The notes beneath the pieces are model-generated. The model had not been told where the DNA came from and did not search any database. It was given only the letters and a program-made list of their open reading frames with translations. The translations under genes were made by a program, and so were the position numbers. Below, piece by piece: positions 29,766 to 38,979 of a stretch of 64,000 nucleotides of DNA. The number at the start of each line of letters is the position of its first letter. Positions within the stretch are counted from its first letter, which is position 1. This DNA comes from Nitrospirota bacterium (lineage in GTDB: Bacteria; Nitrospirota; UBA9217), in contig CAVVOB010000024.1 of the NCBI GenBank assembly GCA_963749655.1, positions 96,001 to 160,000 on the forward strand. Direction: 5' to 3'.

Positions 29766-30167
29766 CTATCCCCGCGAATCGCGGTCATCACCTTTGTGAA
29801 CGCGCTTGATGAAGATGAACGTTCCGTCGTCGCCGATGAACATGTTTAACATCCAGCTGATAATACTAATGAGCAAAGCGCCGAAGAAAGCCGAGCGAAA
29901 GGACTCAATGACGAATCCCGGCACCACCTGTGAAACAAGTTTAAGCATGGCCGCATTGATGACCAGGGTAAACAGCCCAAGAGTCAAAAGGTTTATCGGC
30001 AGGGTAAGTATCAGGACAACAGGCCTGATGACCGCATTTACAACACCGAAAATTCCGGCAGCAACGACACCCATGGTGATGCTCTGAATTCGAATTCCCG
30101 GAATGACCGACCCGGCTATCACCAGCGCCAGCAGGTTGATCGACCAGCGCAGAAAAAAACCGAACAT
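29766..30167 (-). CDS. YvlD/DUF360 ('phage holin family') membrane protein
   Basis: VNAVIRPVVLILTLPINLLTLGLFTLVINA signature; RBS GGAGG. Confidence 0.88.
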   Translation of the reverse strand: MFGFFLRWSINLLALVIAGSVIPGIRIQSITMGVVAAGIFGVVNAVIRPVVLILTLPINLLTLGLFTLVINAAMLKLVSQVVPGFVIESFRSAFFGALLISIISWMLNMFIGDDGTFIFIKRVHKGDDRDSRG

Positions 30168-30555
30168 GGAGCCTCCTGAATAAAAAAATAGTATCATACT
30201 TAGCACGTATTTGCAACACGGGAGTGGCTGACCCACGAGGAGTTCCTTCGTATTTTGCCTGCTGCATCGGGAAGGAAACCATTTCCCTGACGAAATGCTT
30301 GAGAAATATATGCGGGTGATTGCCGTTGCTGCGCTTTTCGGACCGATCTTGCCGGCGGTCTGATTCCCTCCCCTGCAGACGGGCAAAAATAACTGCTGAC
30401 CTGCGCTGGAGCCCGAGTCACCCGCTTTTTTTGCTTCAGCCTCCTTGTGTTTCCCGGGTGATGCAAAAACGCGTCCGAGCCTTTCAGAATACCTGAAACG
30501 AAAGCGCCTTCATGCGGCTGCATCTGGTCGTGACAACACACGGCGACGCAGACAA

Positions 30556-30584
30556 CTTATATAGAGCGAACGACGGATTGTCAA
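30556..30584 (-). promoter_or_regulatory. Sigma-70-like promoter ~390 bp upstream of yvlD-cbiMQO
   Basis: TTGACA-N17-TATAAG on the minus strand. Confidence 0.55.
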
Positions 30585-30698
30585 GTCATTTTCCTTCACT
30601 GCTTTTCAAGAAACTCGTTGACTTTGCATTGCTTCTATGCTAAAAAAATCAAGCATATATACACATCCGAGAGCGACAGAAAGGGCAAACGAACAATA

Positions 30699-31892
30699 AT
30701 GGGCATCGCGAAACGCGCACAGGCAATTAAACCTTCTCCCACCCTCGCAACAGCCGCCAAAGCCAAGGCGATGAAGGCTCAGGGAATCGATGTGGTAGAT
30801 TTCGGCGTCGGGGAGCCTGATTTTGACACTCCGGAAAATGTGAAGCAGGCAGGCATCAAGGCCATTCAGTCGGGCTTCACCAAATATACGCCGGCGGGCG
30901 GAACGGATGAACTGAAGGATGCGGTCATCGAAAAATTCAGGAAGGACAACGGTCTGCAGTATGAAAAATCCCAAATTCTGATCTCCTGCGGCGCAAAGCA
31001 CAGTCTGTACAATATCGCCGAGGCATTGTTCGACCCTGGGAACGAGGTCATCATCCCTGCCCCCTACTGGGTGTCCTATCCCGACCAGGTGCTCCTGAAT
31101 GACGCTGTTCCGGTCATTGTCGAAACCACGGAAGAAGAAGGATTCAAACTGTCGGCGTCGAAGCTTGAAAAGGCTATCACCAAAAAAACCAAGGCGCTCG
31201 TCCTGAACAGCCCTTCCAATCCGACGGGGCTCGCGTATGACCGGAAAACGCTGGAGGACATCGCAGCCGTCGTCGTCAAACACAATCTGTATGTCATATC
31301 CGACGAAATCTACGAGAAGCTCATCTACGACGGATTCACCCACACGAGTATCGCTACTCTCGGTCCGGAGATCAAGAACCTTACCATCGTCGTGAACGGT
31401 GTGTCTAAGTCTCACTCCATGACCGGTTGGCGAATCGGCTATGCAGCAGGCCCAAAGGACGTAATCTCGGCAATGTCGAACATCCAGAGTCAGAGCACAT
31501 CCAATCCAACTTCCATATCCCAGAAAGCGGCCGTTGAGGCGCTTCGGGGCCCCCAGGACTTTATCGGAACCATGAACAAGGAATTCGACAAGCGCCGCAG
31601 GTACATGGTGGACCGGTTGAATCGCATTCCCGGGGTTTCTTGCCTGAAACCCGTCGGCGCCTTTTATGCTTTCCCCCGCGTTTCCGCCCTCTACGGAAAG
31701 AGCATCAAGGGACGGCCCATCAGGAACTCATCCGACCTTGCCGCCTATCTTTTGGAAGATGCGAAAGTGGCGTTGGTATCGGGTGATGCATTCGGCGCCG
31801 ATGCGTACATCCGCCTTTCCTATGCGACATCCATGGAAGCCATTCAGAAGGGTCTCGACCGAATCGAGCAGGCTGTTCAATCGCTCGCCTGA
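30699..31892 (+). CDS. aspC: Aspartate aminotransferase (class I PLP-dependent)
   Basis: GEPDFDTP, NSPSNPTG, SDEIY and SKSHSMTGWRIG motifs. Confidence 0.93.
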   Translation: MGIAKRAQAIKPSPTLATAAKAKAMKAQGIDVVDFGVGEPDFDTPENVKQAGIKAIQSGFTKYTPAGGTDELKDAVIEKFRKDNGLQYEKSQILISCGAKHSLYNIAEALFDPGNEVIIPAPYWVSYPDQVLLNDAVPVIVETTEEEGFKLSASKLEKAITKKTKALVLNSPSNPTGLAYDRKTLEDIAAVVVKHNLYVISDEIYEKLIYDGFTHTSIATLGPEIKNLTIVVNGVSKSHSMTGWRIGYAAGPKDVISAMSNIQSQSTSNPTSISQKAAVEALRGPQDFIGTMNKEFDKRRRYMVDRLNRIPGVSCLKPVGAFYAFPRVSALYGKSIKGRPIRNSSDLAAYLLEDAKVALVSGDAFGADAYIRLSYATSMEAIQKGLDRIEQAVQSLA

Positions 31893-31948
31893 TTTCGGGC
31901 ACGCCTGGCCGGCGGGCCCCTCCCCAACAGACCGAAGGAGGTATCGAT

Positions 31949-32728
31949 ATGGTTATGAAAATACTCACTGTGGTTCTGGCGGTACTGCTCGTTGCTGCAC
32001 TGGGGGCAGCTGCGATGTTCTATCTTCAGACATACCAGCCTCTCACAACGGATTATGCCCGCATGAAGGAAGACATGGCCGCGCTGAACAAAACGAAAGC
32101 GGAATTGGCCAAAATCAAAGAAAAAGAGAACAGAGAAACTGCATGGCTGAACCCCGTGATCGACGGATTAAGCAAGGAGTTCGGCGACGAAATAAAGGCG
32201 GGCGAGATCGAAGTGCTTGCTGCAGGCAACCGGCTGATCGTGAACATTGCGGAGGATGCGCTCTACCTTTCCGGGTCTTATACTTTTTCAAAGGAAAGTC
32301 CTAAGCTGAGAGGAAAACTGGTCTCTTTTCTGAAAAAATCCGAACTCAAAGGCAAGGATATCTGCATTGGAAATACGACTGAATCGACCCCAGCGCAACG
32401 CCGGGGAAGAAAGGCAATTCCTCCGAAGGACGCCCGAACGCTTGCTGCGGAACGCTCTGCGGTCCTTATCAAGGATTTCGAGAAGAACGGTGTTGATCAG
32501 AGCGTTCTTATTGGAGCGGCATTCGCGCCGAAAAATGCCGCCGCCGGCTTCAAGCTGAAAGATCGTAAGACGATCATCATCATTGAGTCCCCGATTGCCG
32601 GACCTGCTGTGGCGACAAAGCAGGGCGCTGCACAGGGAGTCCCTGCGACAGCAACGGCTCCCACTGCCACACAAAAGATGCAACCCAAGACGATCCCGAT
32701 CAAGCCTGCTCAACCGAAAACCAACTAG
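31949..32728 (+). CDS. Degenerate MotB/OmpA-like membrane-anchored protein
   Basis: N-terminal TM, coiled coil, OmpA-C-like segment (LIVNIAEDALY.SG, GNTT, LAAERS) and Pro/Thr-rich tail; RBS AAGGAGG. Confidence 0.55.
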   Translation: MVMKILTVVLAVLLVAALGAAAMFYLQTYQPLTTDYARMKEDMAALNKTKAELAKIKEKENRETAWLNPVIDGLSKEFGDEIKAGEIEVLAAGNRLIVNIAEDALYLSGSYTFSKESPKLRGKLVSFLKKSELKGKDICIGNTTESTPAQRRGRKAIPPKDARTLAAERSAVLIKDFEKNGVDQSVLIGAAFAPKNAAAGFKLKDRKTIIIIESPIAGPAVATKQGAAQGVPATATAPTATQKMQPKTIPIKPAQPKTN

Positions 32729-32799
32729 TTGACGGGCTCTTACGGAATGCCGTTCGCGCTGTTCTGCAGGGAGAAACGTCCGCAGTAAGCGGTATATTG

Positions 32800-33924
32800 A
32801 TGGCCGATGACCACCTCATAGATAGAGTCTCCGCACTGGAGGCGGAACTGCGACAGGCCCATGCCCGCGAAGAGACTCTGGAGGACCTGCTCGAAAAAAA
32901 ACTGAACGAAATCTATGTTCATTATCATATCTCACGGACCATCGGTTCCATCGACAACCTGCAGGAGATGCTTCAGCAGGTCATCGACATTATCAAAAAA
33001 GCCCTTCCCTGCGATCGAGTATCAGTCTATCTCCTCAATGAGGAGCTCGAACAGCTGGAGCTCGTGTTCTTCAACGGCCCCGGCCCTGCCCGGCGGGTTC
33101 TCCTGCCGGTCGGCGTCGGGACGCCCGGACGCATTGCGGAAAGCGGCGAACACGTTCACTTCCACGACCTGTCGATTTTCTACGAGACGTTCAACGATTT
33201 TATCCATCACCCCGACGAAGAAAAAAGGAGTGGATCGTATATCGGGATTGCCCTCAAAGTGCACAACGCCACCATCGGTATCATCGGGATCGACAATCAA
33301 ACCCGGTACGGTCTGAGCGTCGATGACATGGACTTCATGGCTATCCTCTCTCACCAGATCGCCGCAGGTGTGGAGAAGTCGCTTCTCTTCGAAAAAATCC
33401 AGAAGATATCCCAGCATGACGGCCTTACCGGTCTCTACAATTACCGGATGTTTCAGGAAAAGCTGGTGCAGGAAATCAACAGAAGAAGCAGAAGCCGAAA
33501 ACCGCTCGCGCTCATGATGCTCGACATCGACCATTTCAAGCGTTTTAACGACACCTACGGACATCAGGCGGGCGACGCTGTGCTGAGGGAGCTGTCAAAA
33601 ATAATCATCAGCCAGACGCGCTGCGGCTCGATTGACATCTGCTGCCGGTATGGGGGAGAGGAATTTGCCGTCATCATGCCGGAGCTCGATTTGGTGCAAG
33701 CCGGAAAAGTCGCCGAACGTCTGAGAAAAACGGTTGAGGAAACGCAGATCGCCACCGGGAACAGGATTGTGCACGACCGTGTCACAATCAGCCTCGGCGT
33801 GGCGTGTATTGAAGGTGAAGACGATTTGTCGCCGGAAGAATTGATCAAGAAAACCGATGACGCACTGTACTGGTCAAAACGAAACGGAAGGAACCGCGTG
33901 AGTTGGAGCCCGAAAGAGAAGTAA
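32800..33924 (+). CDS. GAF-GGDEF diguanylate cyclase
   Basis: Coiled coil, GAF, DGLTGLYN, DIDHFKRFNDTYGH.AGD and RYGGEEF. Confidence 0.92.
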   Translation: MADDHLIDRVSALEAELRQAHAREETLEDLLEKKLNEIYVHYHISRTIGSIDNLQEMLQQVIDIIKKALPCDRVSVYLLNEELEQLELVFFNGPGPARRVLLPVGVGTPGRIAESGEHVHFHDLSIFYETFNDFIHHPDEEKRSGSYIGIALKVHNATIGIIGIDNQTRYGLSVDDMDFMAILSHQIAAGVEKSLLFEKIQKISQHDGLTGLYNYRMFQEKLVQEINRRSRSRKPLALMMLDIDHFKRFNDTYGHQAGDAVLRELSKIIISQTRCGSIDICCRYGGEEFAVIMPELDLVQAGKVAERLRKTVEETQIATGNRIVHDRVTISLGVACIEGEDDLSPEELIKKTDDALYWSKRNGRNRVSWSPKEK

Positions 33925-34010
33925 TGTCCTGTCGAAAGTTCAATACCCGAAAGGGTTCTATGATGGTGTCTCCCATCGCGTCCCCCGCCTGGCCACCACC
34001 TTAGTAAGGC

Positions 34011-35900
34011 TTAGAACGGCCTAGACAACTTTACGTAAAAAAGTTGCTGCTCCGTCCGATCAGCATTGTTGGGCGAATCCTGCCGCCACCGATACTGCAC
34101 CGAGACGAGTATCTGCCGGATCCGGTAATCCAGATAGGTATCCAGCAAATAAACTTGAGTCCGAGTCGTGGAGGAATGTCGGTACTCATCCCGCAGGTCC
34201 GATCGAAACTGAAGGTTCCTGGTGAGAGTATAATTAAACTTCGCGGCGCCGTAAATCACGTCATCGTCGGTTTGCGTTTCGCTCGACGATGTCAGAGTGG
34301 AGATCGTATACTCCGTGCTTGTGTTCGACTTCTGGCGCGACAGGCCGGTGCTGAGCGTCAGATAGTAAGTCGGGGTATAGTCGGCGCCGAGGTCATAGGA
34401 GAACGAACGGCCCCTGTTGCTCGTCGTCTGGTTGGCCTCGACCATGGAGAGGACCAGACTCGCGTAGCGCTGCTCCTGGTAAGCGGCTGTAGCGCGCAGC
34501 GTGGTTCTGGTCACACGCCGGGATAAAAAATTGAATTTCAGACTCTCCACTTCCGAGTTGTTCTGGAGCGTAGAGCTGTCCCTTTTATTCGAATAGGAGG
34601 CGTACAGCGAGAGATTCTCCTGTTTCCAGTCTTTGCTGTTGAAGCCCATATCCGCTGCATTCGTATAGTAAATACCGCTCCCGGTCTGCTGGCCGCTTAT
34701 ATTCGATGTATACCGCGCAAAACCATAACCGAAGGTGTAGTCTGTGAGAAACGAAAACGGTCCGAGAAATTCCGGCGTATATATTTTCTTGTACGAAACG
34801 CCTGCCTCTGCGCCGCCGCTTGAAAGAGTGCTGTCTTGTTCCGGCGTGCTGTCGGTCGCCTTCGTCACATAGTTGGCGATGGTATACTTCAAGCCGCCGG
34901 TTGCCGATAAATATTCATTGATCTTATACGTCATACCGGCTGCAGCGGTCTGATAACTACTGAAAACAGACGATGACTGCATATCATAAAAGTTGTAGCT
35001 GTAATAATGACGGATGCTGTTTTTTTCCTTGAAATCAAGCTGCGCGTTCATTGTCGTGGCGAGGGATGAGGAGTCGAAACCGGACATGTTCTTCGTTGTG
35101 CGATCGGTCAAGTTGCCGTTGATTTTCAAGTCGGCATTCCGGGTCACCTGCGTCGTGGCGTCCAGGTTCACCGTTGTGGTATCGTACGCTGAAGAATCTT
35201 CCAGATTTTTGTATTTCTCCAGGCCCGCCGTAAGGTCCAACTTCGTCGAAGAAACCGGATGAAAATTCAGCGCAGCCTGGGTCTTGTCCAGGGTTTCATG
35301 GCGCGGGGAATCAGAACTAAGGGATTCGGATTCGGTGTGAGTGCTGCTGAGAGTGATATCAGGCAGCGGCATTTGCCAGGACTTTTTAAAATTATTATTA
35401 TTATTATTGTTGTTATTATTATTGCTGCTGCTATTGTTCCTTCCATTTCTGATTCCTCTGCTCAAATTCAGGTACACCGTGCCTCCATACTGGGTCGACA
35501 GGATATCATATCCTGCAATGGTGGAGTCGCTTTGTACGGTTGTCGTGCTTTTTGCTACAAAAAAATCGGCGCTGTACTTCATCCCGGGGAAAAGACTTGT
35601 AGAAAAATTATAGTCAAGTGACTTGCTGCCCTGGCCGTGGGCTGAGTCGTCAACCCGATAACCAATGCCGAGCGTATATTGTATCGCCCGGGGATCCAAG
35701 AAATAATTCTGTAAATTCGCCTTATAGTACTGGCTCCATTGCTGATCGGAACTCCGAGCACTGCCTGTTTTTGTTTCGTAATTACGGTAGGAAAATTCCA
35801 CAATACCCGAGACGTTATATGCGTCAGCCTGGCTGGTCAGGAGCGCCAGAGCGAGGGATAGAAAGAAATATATTGCTGCATTTTTAAGAACAGTCTTCAC
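34011..35900 (-). CDS. Large outer-membrane beta-barrel protein
   Basis: Sec signal (..SQADA), Tyr/Ser/Thr-rich alternating beta-strands throughout, and C-terminal FYVKLSRPF resembling a BAM beta-signal. Confidence 0.8.
   Translation of the reverse strand: MKTVLKNAAIYFFLSLALALLTSQADAYNVSGIVEFSYRNYETKTGSARSSDQQWSQYYKANLQNYFLDPRAIQYTLGIGYRVDDSAHGQGSKSLDYNFSTSLFPGMKYSADFFVAKSTTTVQSDSTIAGYDILSTQYGGTVYLNLSRGIRNGRNNSSSNNNNNNNNNNNFKKSWQMPLPDITLSSTHTESESLSSDSPRHETLDKTQAALNFHPVSSTKLDLTAGLEKYKNLEDSSAYDTTTVNLDATTQVTRNADLKINGNLTDRTTKNMSGFDSSSLATTMNAQLDFKEKNSIRHYYSYNFYDMQSSSVFSSYQTAAAGMTYKINEYLSATGGLKYTIANYVTKATDSTPEQDSTLSSGGAEAGVSYKKIYTPEFLGPFSFLTDYTFGYGFARYTSNISGQQTGSGIYYTNAADMGFNSKDWKQENLSLYASYSNKRDSSTLQNNSEVESLKFNFLSRRVTRTTLRATAAYQEQRYASLVLSMVEANQTTSNRGRSFSYDLGADYTPTYYLTLSTGLSRQKSNTSTEYTISTLTSSSETQTDDDVIYGAAKFNYTLTRNLQFRSDLRDEYRHSSTTRTQVYLLDTYLDYRIRQILVSVQYRWRQDSPNNADRTEQQLFYVKLSRPF
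35391..35438 (-). repeat. (AAT/AAC)n trinucleotide run encoding NNSSS-N11 in the beta-barrel gene
   Basis: attattattattattattgttgttattattatt gctgctgct attgtt on the plus strand. Confidence 0.85.
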
Positions 35901-35951
35901 GAGGATATTTGCTTAATTCCTTTGCATCATATTTCACGCCTAACTGATGAA

Positions 35952-35967
35952 TGCAAATATCCTGCCC
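35952..35967 (-). promoter_or_regulatory. Sigma-54 -24/-12 promoter for the beta-barrel gene
   Basis: GGGCAGG-ATAT-TTGCA versus consensus TGGCACG-N4-TTGCW; correct GG/GC spacing. Confidence 0.65.
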
Positions 35968-36037
35968 ATTACATAATATATTATTATGTTGTTTTTCAAC
36001 TACTTAATTGTTTATTAGCAGCTCGGTAGGAATGATA

Positions 36038-36077
36038 AATGAGCATAAATGCTCATTGAGGTGAGTATAAATACACT
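36038..36077. promoter_or_regulatory. Palindromic activator-binding site pair (TGAGC-N6-GCTCA)
   Basis: Perfect IR AATGAGCAT-AA-ATGCTCATT (36038-36057) plus degenerate copy TGAGTATAAATACACT (36062-36077). Confidence 0.65.
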
Positions 36078-36122
36078 AATATAGCAACAAAGAATTAGCG
36101 GCTTGATTCAACAGTTTACGGC

Positions 36123-37061
36123 TCACTTGGCCTGTTTCTCTTTAATGGGAATCAATTCAATCTTTGCCTTTGCTCTCAATGATGTCAGCCACGCCTCCAG
36201 CAGTTCTTTATATTTTTCTTTTTCCTGGTCCTTTTTGAGCTTGTCTTTTACTTCAGCGAAAAGCATCTGATGCTCAGGCTGTATATCTTCAACCTTGATG
36301 ATATACCACTCGCCTTCCGCCGCGATAATATCGCTCACCTCGCCAACTTTCATTTTAAAGGCTGCGTTTTCCAGTTCAGGCACGATCCTGCCGCGGTGAA
36401 TATATCCGAGATCGCCACCCTTAACGCGATAAGCGTCAGCAGACATCGCCTCAGCGATGTCGCCGAAATTCTCTCCGGTCTTGATTCTGGTCAGTGCTTC
36501 TTCTGCCTTTTTCAGGGTCGTCGAAGAGATTATACGCAGCCGCACACCTTCCGGTTTAATGAATTTGGATGTATTGTTCTGATAATAATTCTTCAGCGCC
36601 TCGTCACTGATTTTAGAAGGTTCTGCTGCCATCTTTCTGGTTGCCTCCTGCGCGACGAGCCATTTTTCGATCCGCTCAATAAGGGCAGCCTCGGTCAGTC
36701 CCGTCCGTTCAAGGGTCTCCTGATACTCCTTTTTGGACTTGAAGCCGTCCCTGATCCGTTTTATTTCCGCCTTTACCTGTTTTTTGTCCGGCTTAAGACC
36801 TCGTGCGACACCATCCTGATACCGGAGTTCCAGGTTGACCAGATTTTCCAGCGCTTTTTCACGAAATTCCGCACGCCTTTCTTCCGTTACATTCCCGTGA
36901 TATGTTGCACGCGGGATCAAGGCGTTTATTTCCGACTCAACGTCCCCGTTAGAAATAACGGCACCGTTCACTTTGGCGGCAATGTCGATTTGTTCCGCAG
37001 CGAAAGCATGTATGCCGTAAAAAAGAAAAACCGCTTGCACCAACACGACGAACTTCTTCAT
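36123..37061 (-). CDS. PpiC/SurA-PrsA-type peptidyl-prolyl isomerase (foldase)
   Basis: Signal peptide, AAKVNG, parvulin core FGDIAEAMS.D...GGDLGYI...ELENAAF, and C-terminal LRAKAKIE. Confidence 0.88.
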   Translation of the reverse strand: MKKFVVLVQAVFLFYGIHAFAAEQIDIAAKVNGAVISNGDVESEINALIPRATYHGNVTEERRAEFREKALENLVNLELRYQDGVARGLKPDKKQVKAEIKRIRDGFKSKKEYQETLERTGLTEAALIERIEKWLVAQEATRKMAAEPSKISDEALKNYYQNNTSKFIKPEGVRLRIISSTTLKKAEEALTRIKTGENFGDIAEAMSADAYRVKGGDLGYIHRGRIVPELENAAFKMKVGEVSDIIAAEGEWYIIKVEDIQPEHQMLFAEVKDKLKKDQEKEKYKELLEAWLTSLRAKAKIELIPIKEKQAK

Positions 37062-37182
37062 TACGAGCAGATCTCCTTAATCAAGGTTCAGCGATAAAAC
37101 AAAGCCTCAGGCGCTGCAAAGGGTTCCCGCTTTTTGCACCCCTGCAATTAAGACGTCTCCGGCCGATCGCATCACAATCCGG

Positions 37183-38289
37183 TCACTTCTGCTCCTCGGC
37201 TTTTGCCGGGGGAACGCTCTTCACGACATTTCTCTGACTGAAGTCAAGATAGGCTTTATATTCGTCAGGGTGTTCTTTTTTCCATTTTACGCTCAGATAC
37301 TGGAAAACCTGGATTCTTGAGTTCACTTGATCGGCGACATAGATCCTGTCTTGAGAGTCCACAAACAGGCCTGCCGGCAACTGGAAGGCCCCGGCGCTGC
37401 GGCCTGCGTCGCCGATATAGGATAGGAGCTGTCCGTCCTTATTGAAAATCTGGAAATTATTAAAAGCTGCGTCAGCAACATACACCTGCTCTTCGCTGTC
37501 AACTCCGATGCCTTTGGGTCGCGAAAAGGTGCCGAACACGTCGCCAAGTTCTCCGAACTTGCTGATGAATTTCCCGTCGGGATCAAAAATCTCGACACGG
37601 AAGTTGTTCGTGTCCACAACGTATACATTGCCCGAGGCGCGACTCACGGCTATATTGGTCGGTCCGTACAATTCGCCGTTCTCACTGCCTTGTTTTCCTA
37701 TGCTGAACAGATATTGTCCTGCAAGAGAATACACAAAAATAGTATGGGCCCTGCTGTCTACGACATACAACCTGCCCAAACGGTTATTGACTGCAAGGCC
37801 GCTGGGGTTTTTCATGCCCTCTTTTGAGCCGAAGGTCCTCAAAAACTCGCCCTGTGCATTGAATGCCGCTACTCTTCCCAGTCCGCCGTCCGCGATAAAG
37901 ACAGACCCGTCATCGGCCACAGCCACGCCCAGCGGTTTGCGTATGACCACCTCCGGTCCCTTTGGGAGAAAGGACACCGTCTGCTGCTTTGTATCCATAA
38001 TGACGACGGTCGCATTTACGGAATCGGCAACGTAGATTTTTTCGGCCCATGCGCTAACGCCGTAGGGTTTTTGTATATCCGCCCCGGAAAGTCTGGAGCC
38101 CAGCAGCATATCGAGGAAGGTCGGCTCTTTAAGGTCGATCATCCCCCGATAGTACTTGAGAAATGCTATTTTGGGTTCATCGGGCGCCGGAGGCCATACA
38201 AGCTTATGCGTGGAATCGGTCTTTGCCGCACAGGCGAAGAGCATCGCCGCCAGAGAGACAACAGATGCGAAAAAAAACACTTTTCTCAT
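37183..38289 (-). CDS. NHL-repeat beta-propeller lipoprotein
   Basis: Lipobox LFAC, WPPAPDEPKI, and repeated P.G.AV....YV.D...R...F blades. Confidence 0.9.
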   Translation of the reverse strand: MRKVFFFASVVSLAAMLFACAAKTDSTHKLVWPPAPDEPKIAFLKYYRGMIDLKEPTFLDMLLGSRLSGADIQKPYGVSAWAEKIYVADSVNATVVIMDTKQQTVSFLPKGPEVVIRKPLGVAVADDGSVFIADGGLGRVAAFNAQGEFLRTFGSKEGMKNPSGLAVNNRLGRLYVVDSRAHTIFVYSLAGQYLFSIGKQGSENGELYGPTNIAVSRASGNVYVVDTNNFRVEIFDPDGKFISKFGELGDVFGTFSRPKGIGVDSEEQVYVADAAFNNFQIFNKDGQLLSYIGDAGRSAGAFQLPAGLFVDSQDRIYVADQVNSRIQVFQYLSVKWKKEHPDEYKAYLDFSQRNVVKSVPPAKAEEQK

Positions 38290-38692
38290 GCTTAACTCCT
38301 CGCCGGGATAAACGGCATTTATAAGCGCTCCCGCCCTGCAAAGGAAGACTTTTTCGAGAGCGCGAACACCATTTTTTACCACAGTTCAATCCTGCAAGTC
38401 AAAACAATAATCACGAACGGACTGGACTGTGCAGGGTGGTCACCGGTAACGCCACTCGCCTCACCATCGGAAATGCACGGAACCCGGAATGCCTGCAAAC
38501 AGACCACAGATGCGCGCTACTTCGAAAATCAGCGCCATGCGTTGAGATACTGACTAACTTCTTTAAAATGACTCGTCAAAATGATCATCCCGAAAAAGTC
38601 GCGAAAGACTCTTTTCGTGCTGCGTTGAAGAGGTGTCATTATTATCGAGGCATCAACAAAGGGATGCGTTTTTTTTATATAAAACTATTTTC

Positions 38693-38716
38693 ACGCGGAG
38701 ACGCGGAGTCGCGGAG
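38693..38716 (+). repeat. 8-bp tandem repeat (ACGCGGAG)x3
   Basis: ACGCGGAG ACGCGGAG TCGCGGAG. Confidence 0.7.
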
Positions 38717-38921
38717 AGAGGATAAATCTCTTAAGAGTCGTTAGTTATATAATATTGGATTAATCAGGAGCCTAATTTAATATCTTCTCGTCTTTCGTTG
38801 ACTTCTCTTTAAGTAGCTGGTCGTACCTGGCTGCTTTACACGAGATTGTCATTCGCAGCATTTTTCAGTTTTTTAACCGGTTCTTCTGTGTCCAAATATT
38901 GAGTAGCCTAACCTTGATCAG

Positions 38922-38955
38922 AGAAAAATAAAGGAGGGGTTGCCCCCTCCTTTAT
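38922..38955 (-). terminator. Intrinsic terminator after the cytochrome gene
   Basis: Minus strand ATAAAGGAGGGG-GCAA-CCCCTCCTTTAT followed by TTTTCT; 24 bp after the stop. Confidence 0.85.
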
Positions 38956-38979
38956 GATAAAACCAGACTGGTACTGCGT

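Noticed and set aside
29766-30167. 'Phage holin family' gene as evidence of a prophage
   Set aside because: YvlD/DUF360 genes are common chromosomal genes; no endolysin, integrase or structural phage genes are nearby.
30170-30550. Cobalamin or NiCo riboswitch upstream of cbiM
   Set aside because: Only scattered short matches; the conserved boxes are not in the required order, so it is kept only as a low-ranked finding.
33520-33580. Hypr-type (cyclic AMP-GMP) GGDEF enzyme, as linked to Geobacter cytochrome control
   Set aside because: The specificity position is Asp (GHQAGD), typical of ordinary c-di-GMP synthases.
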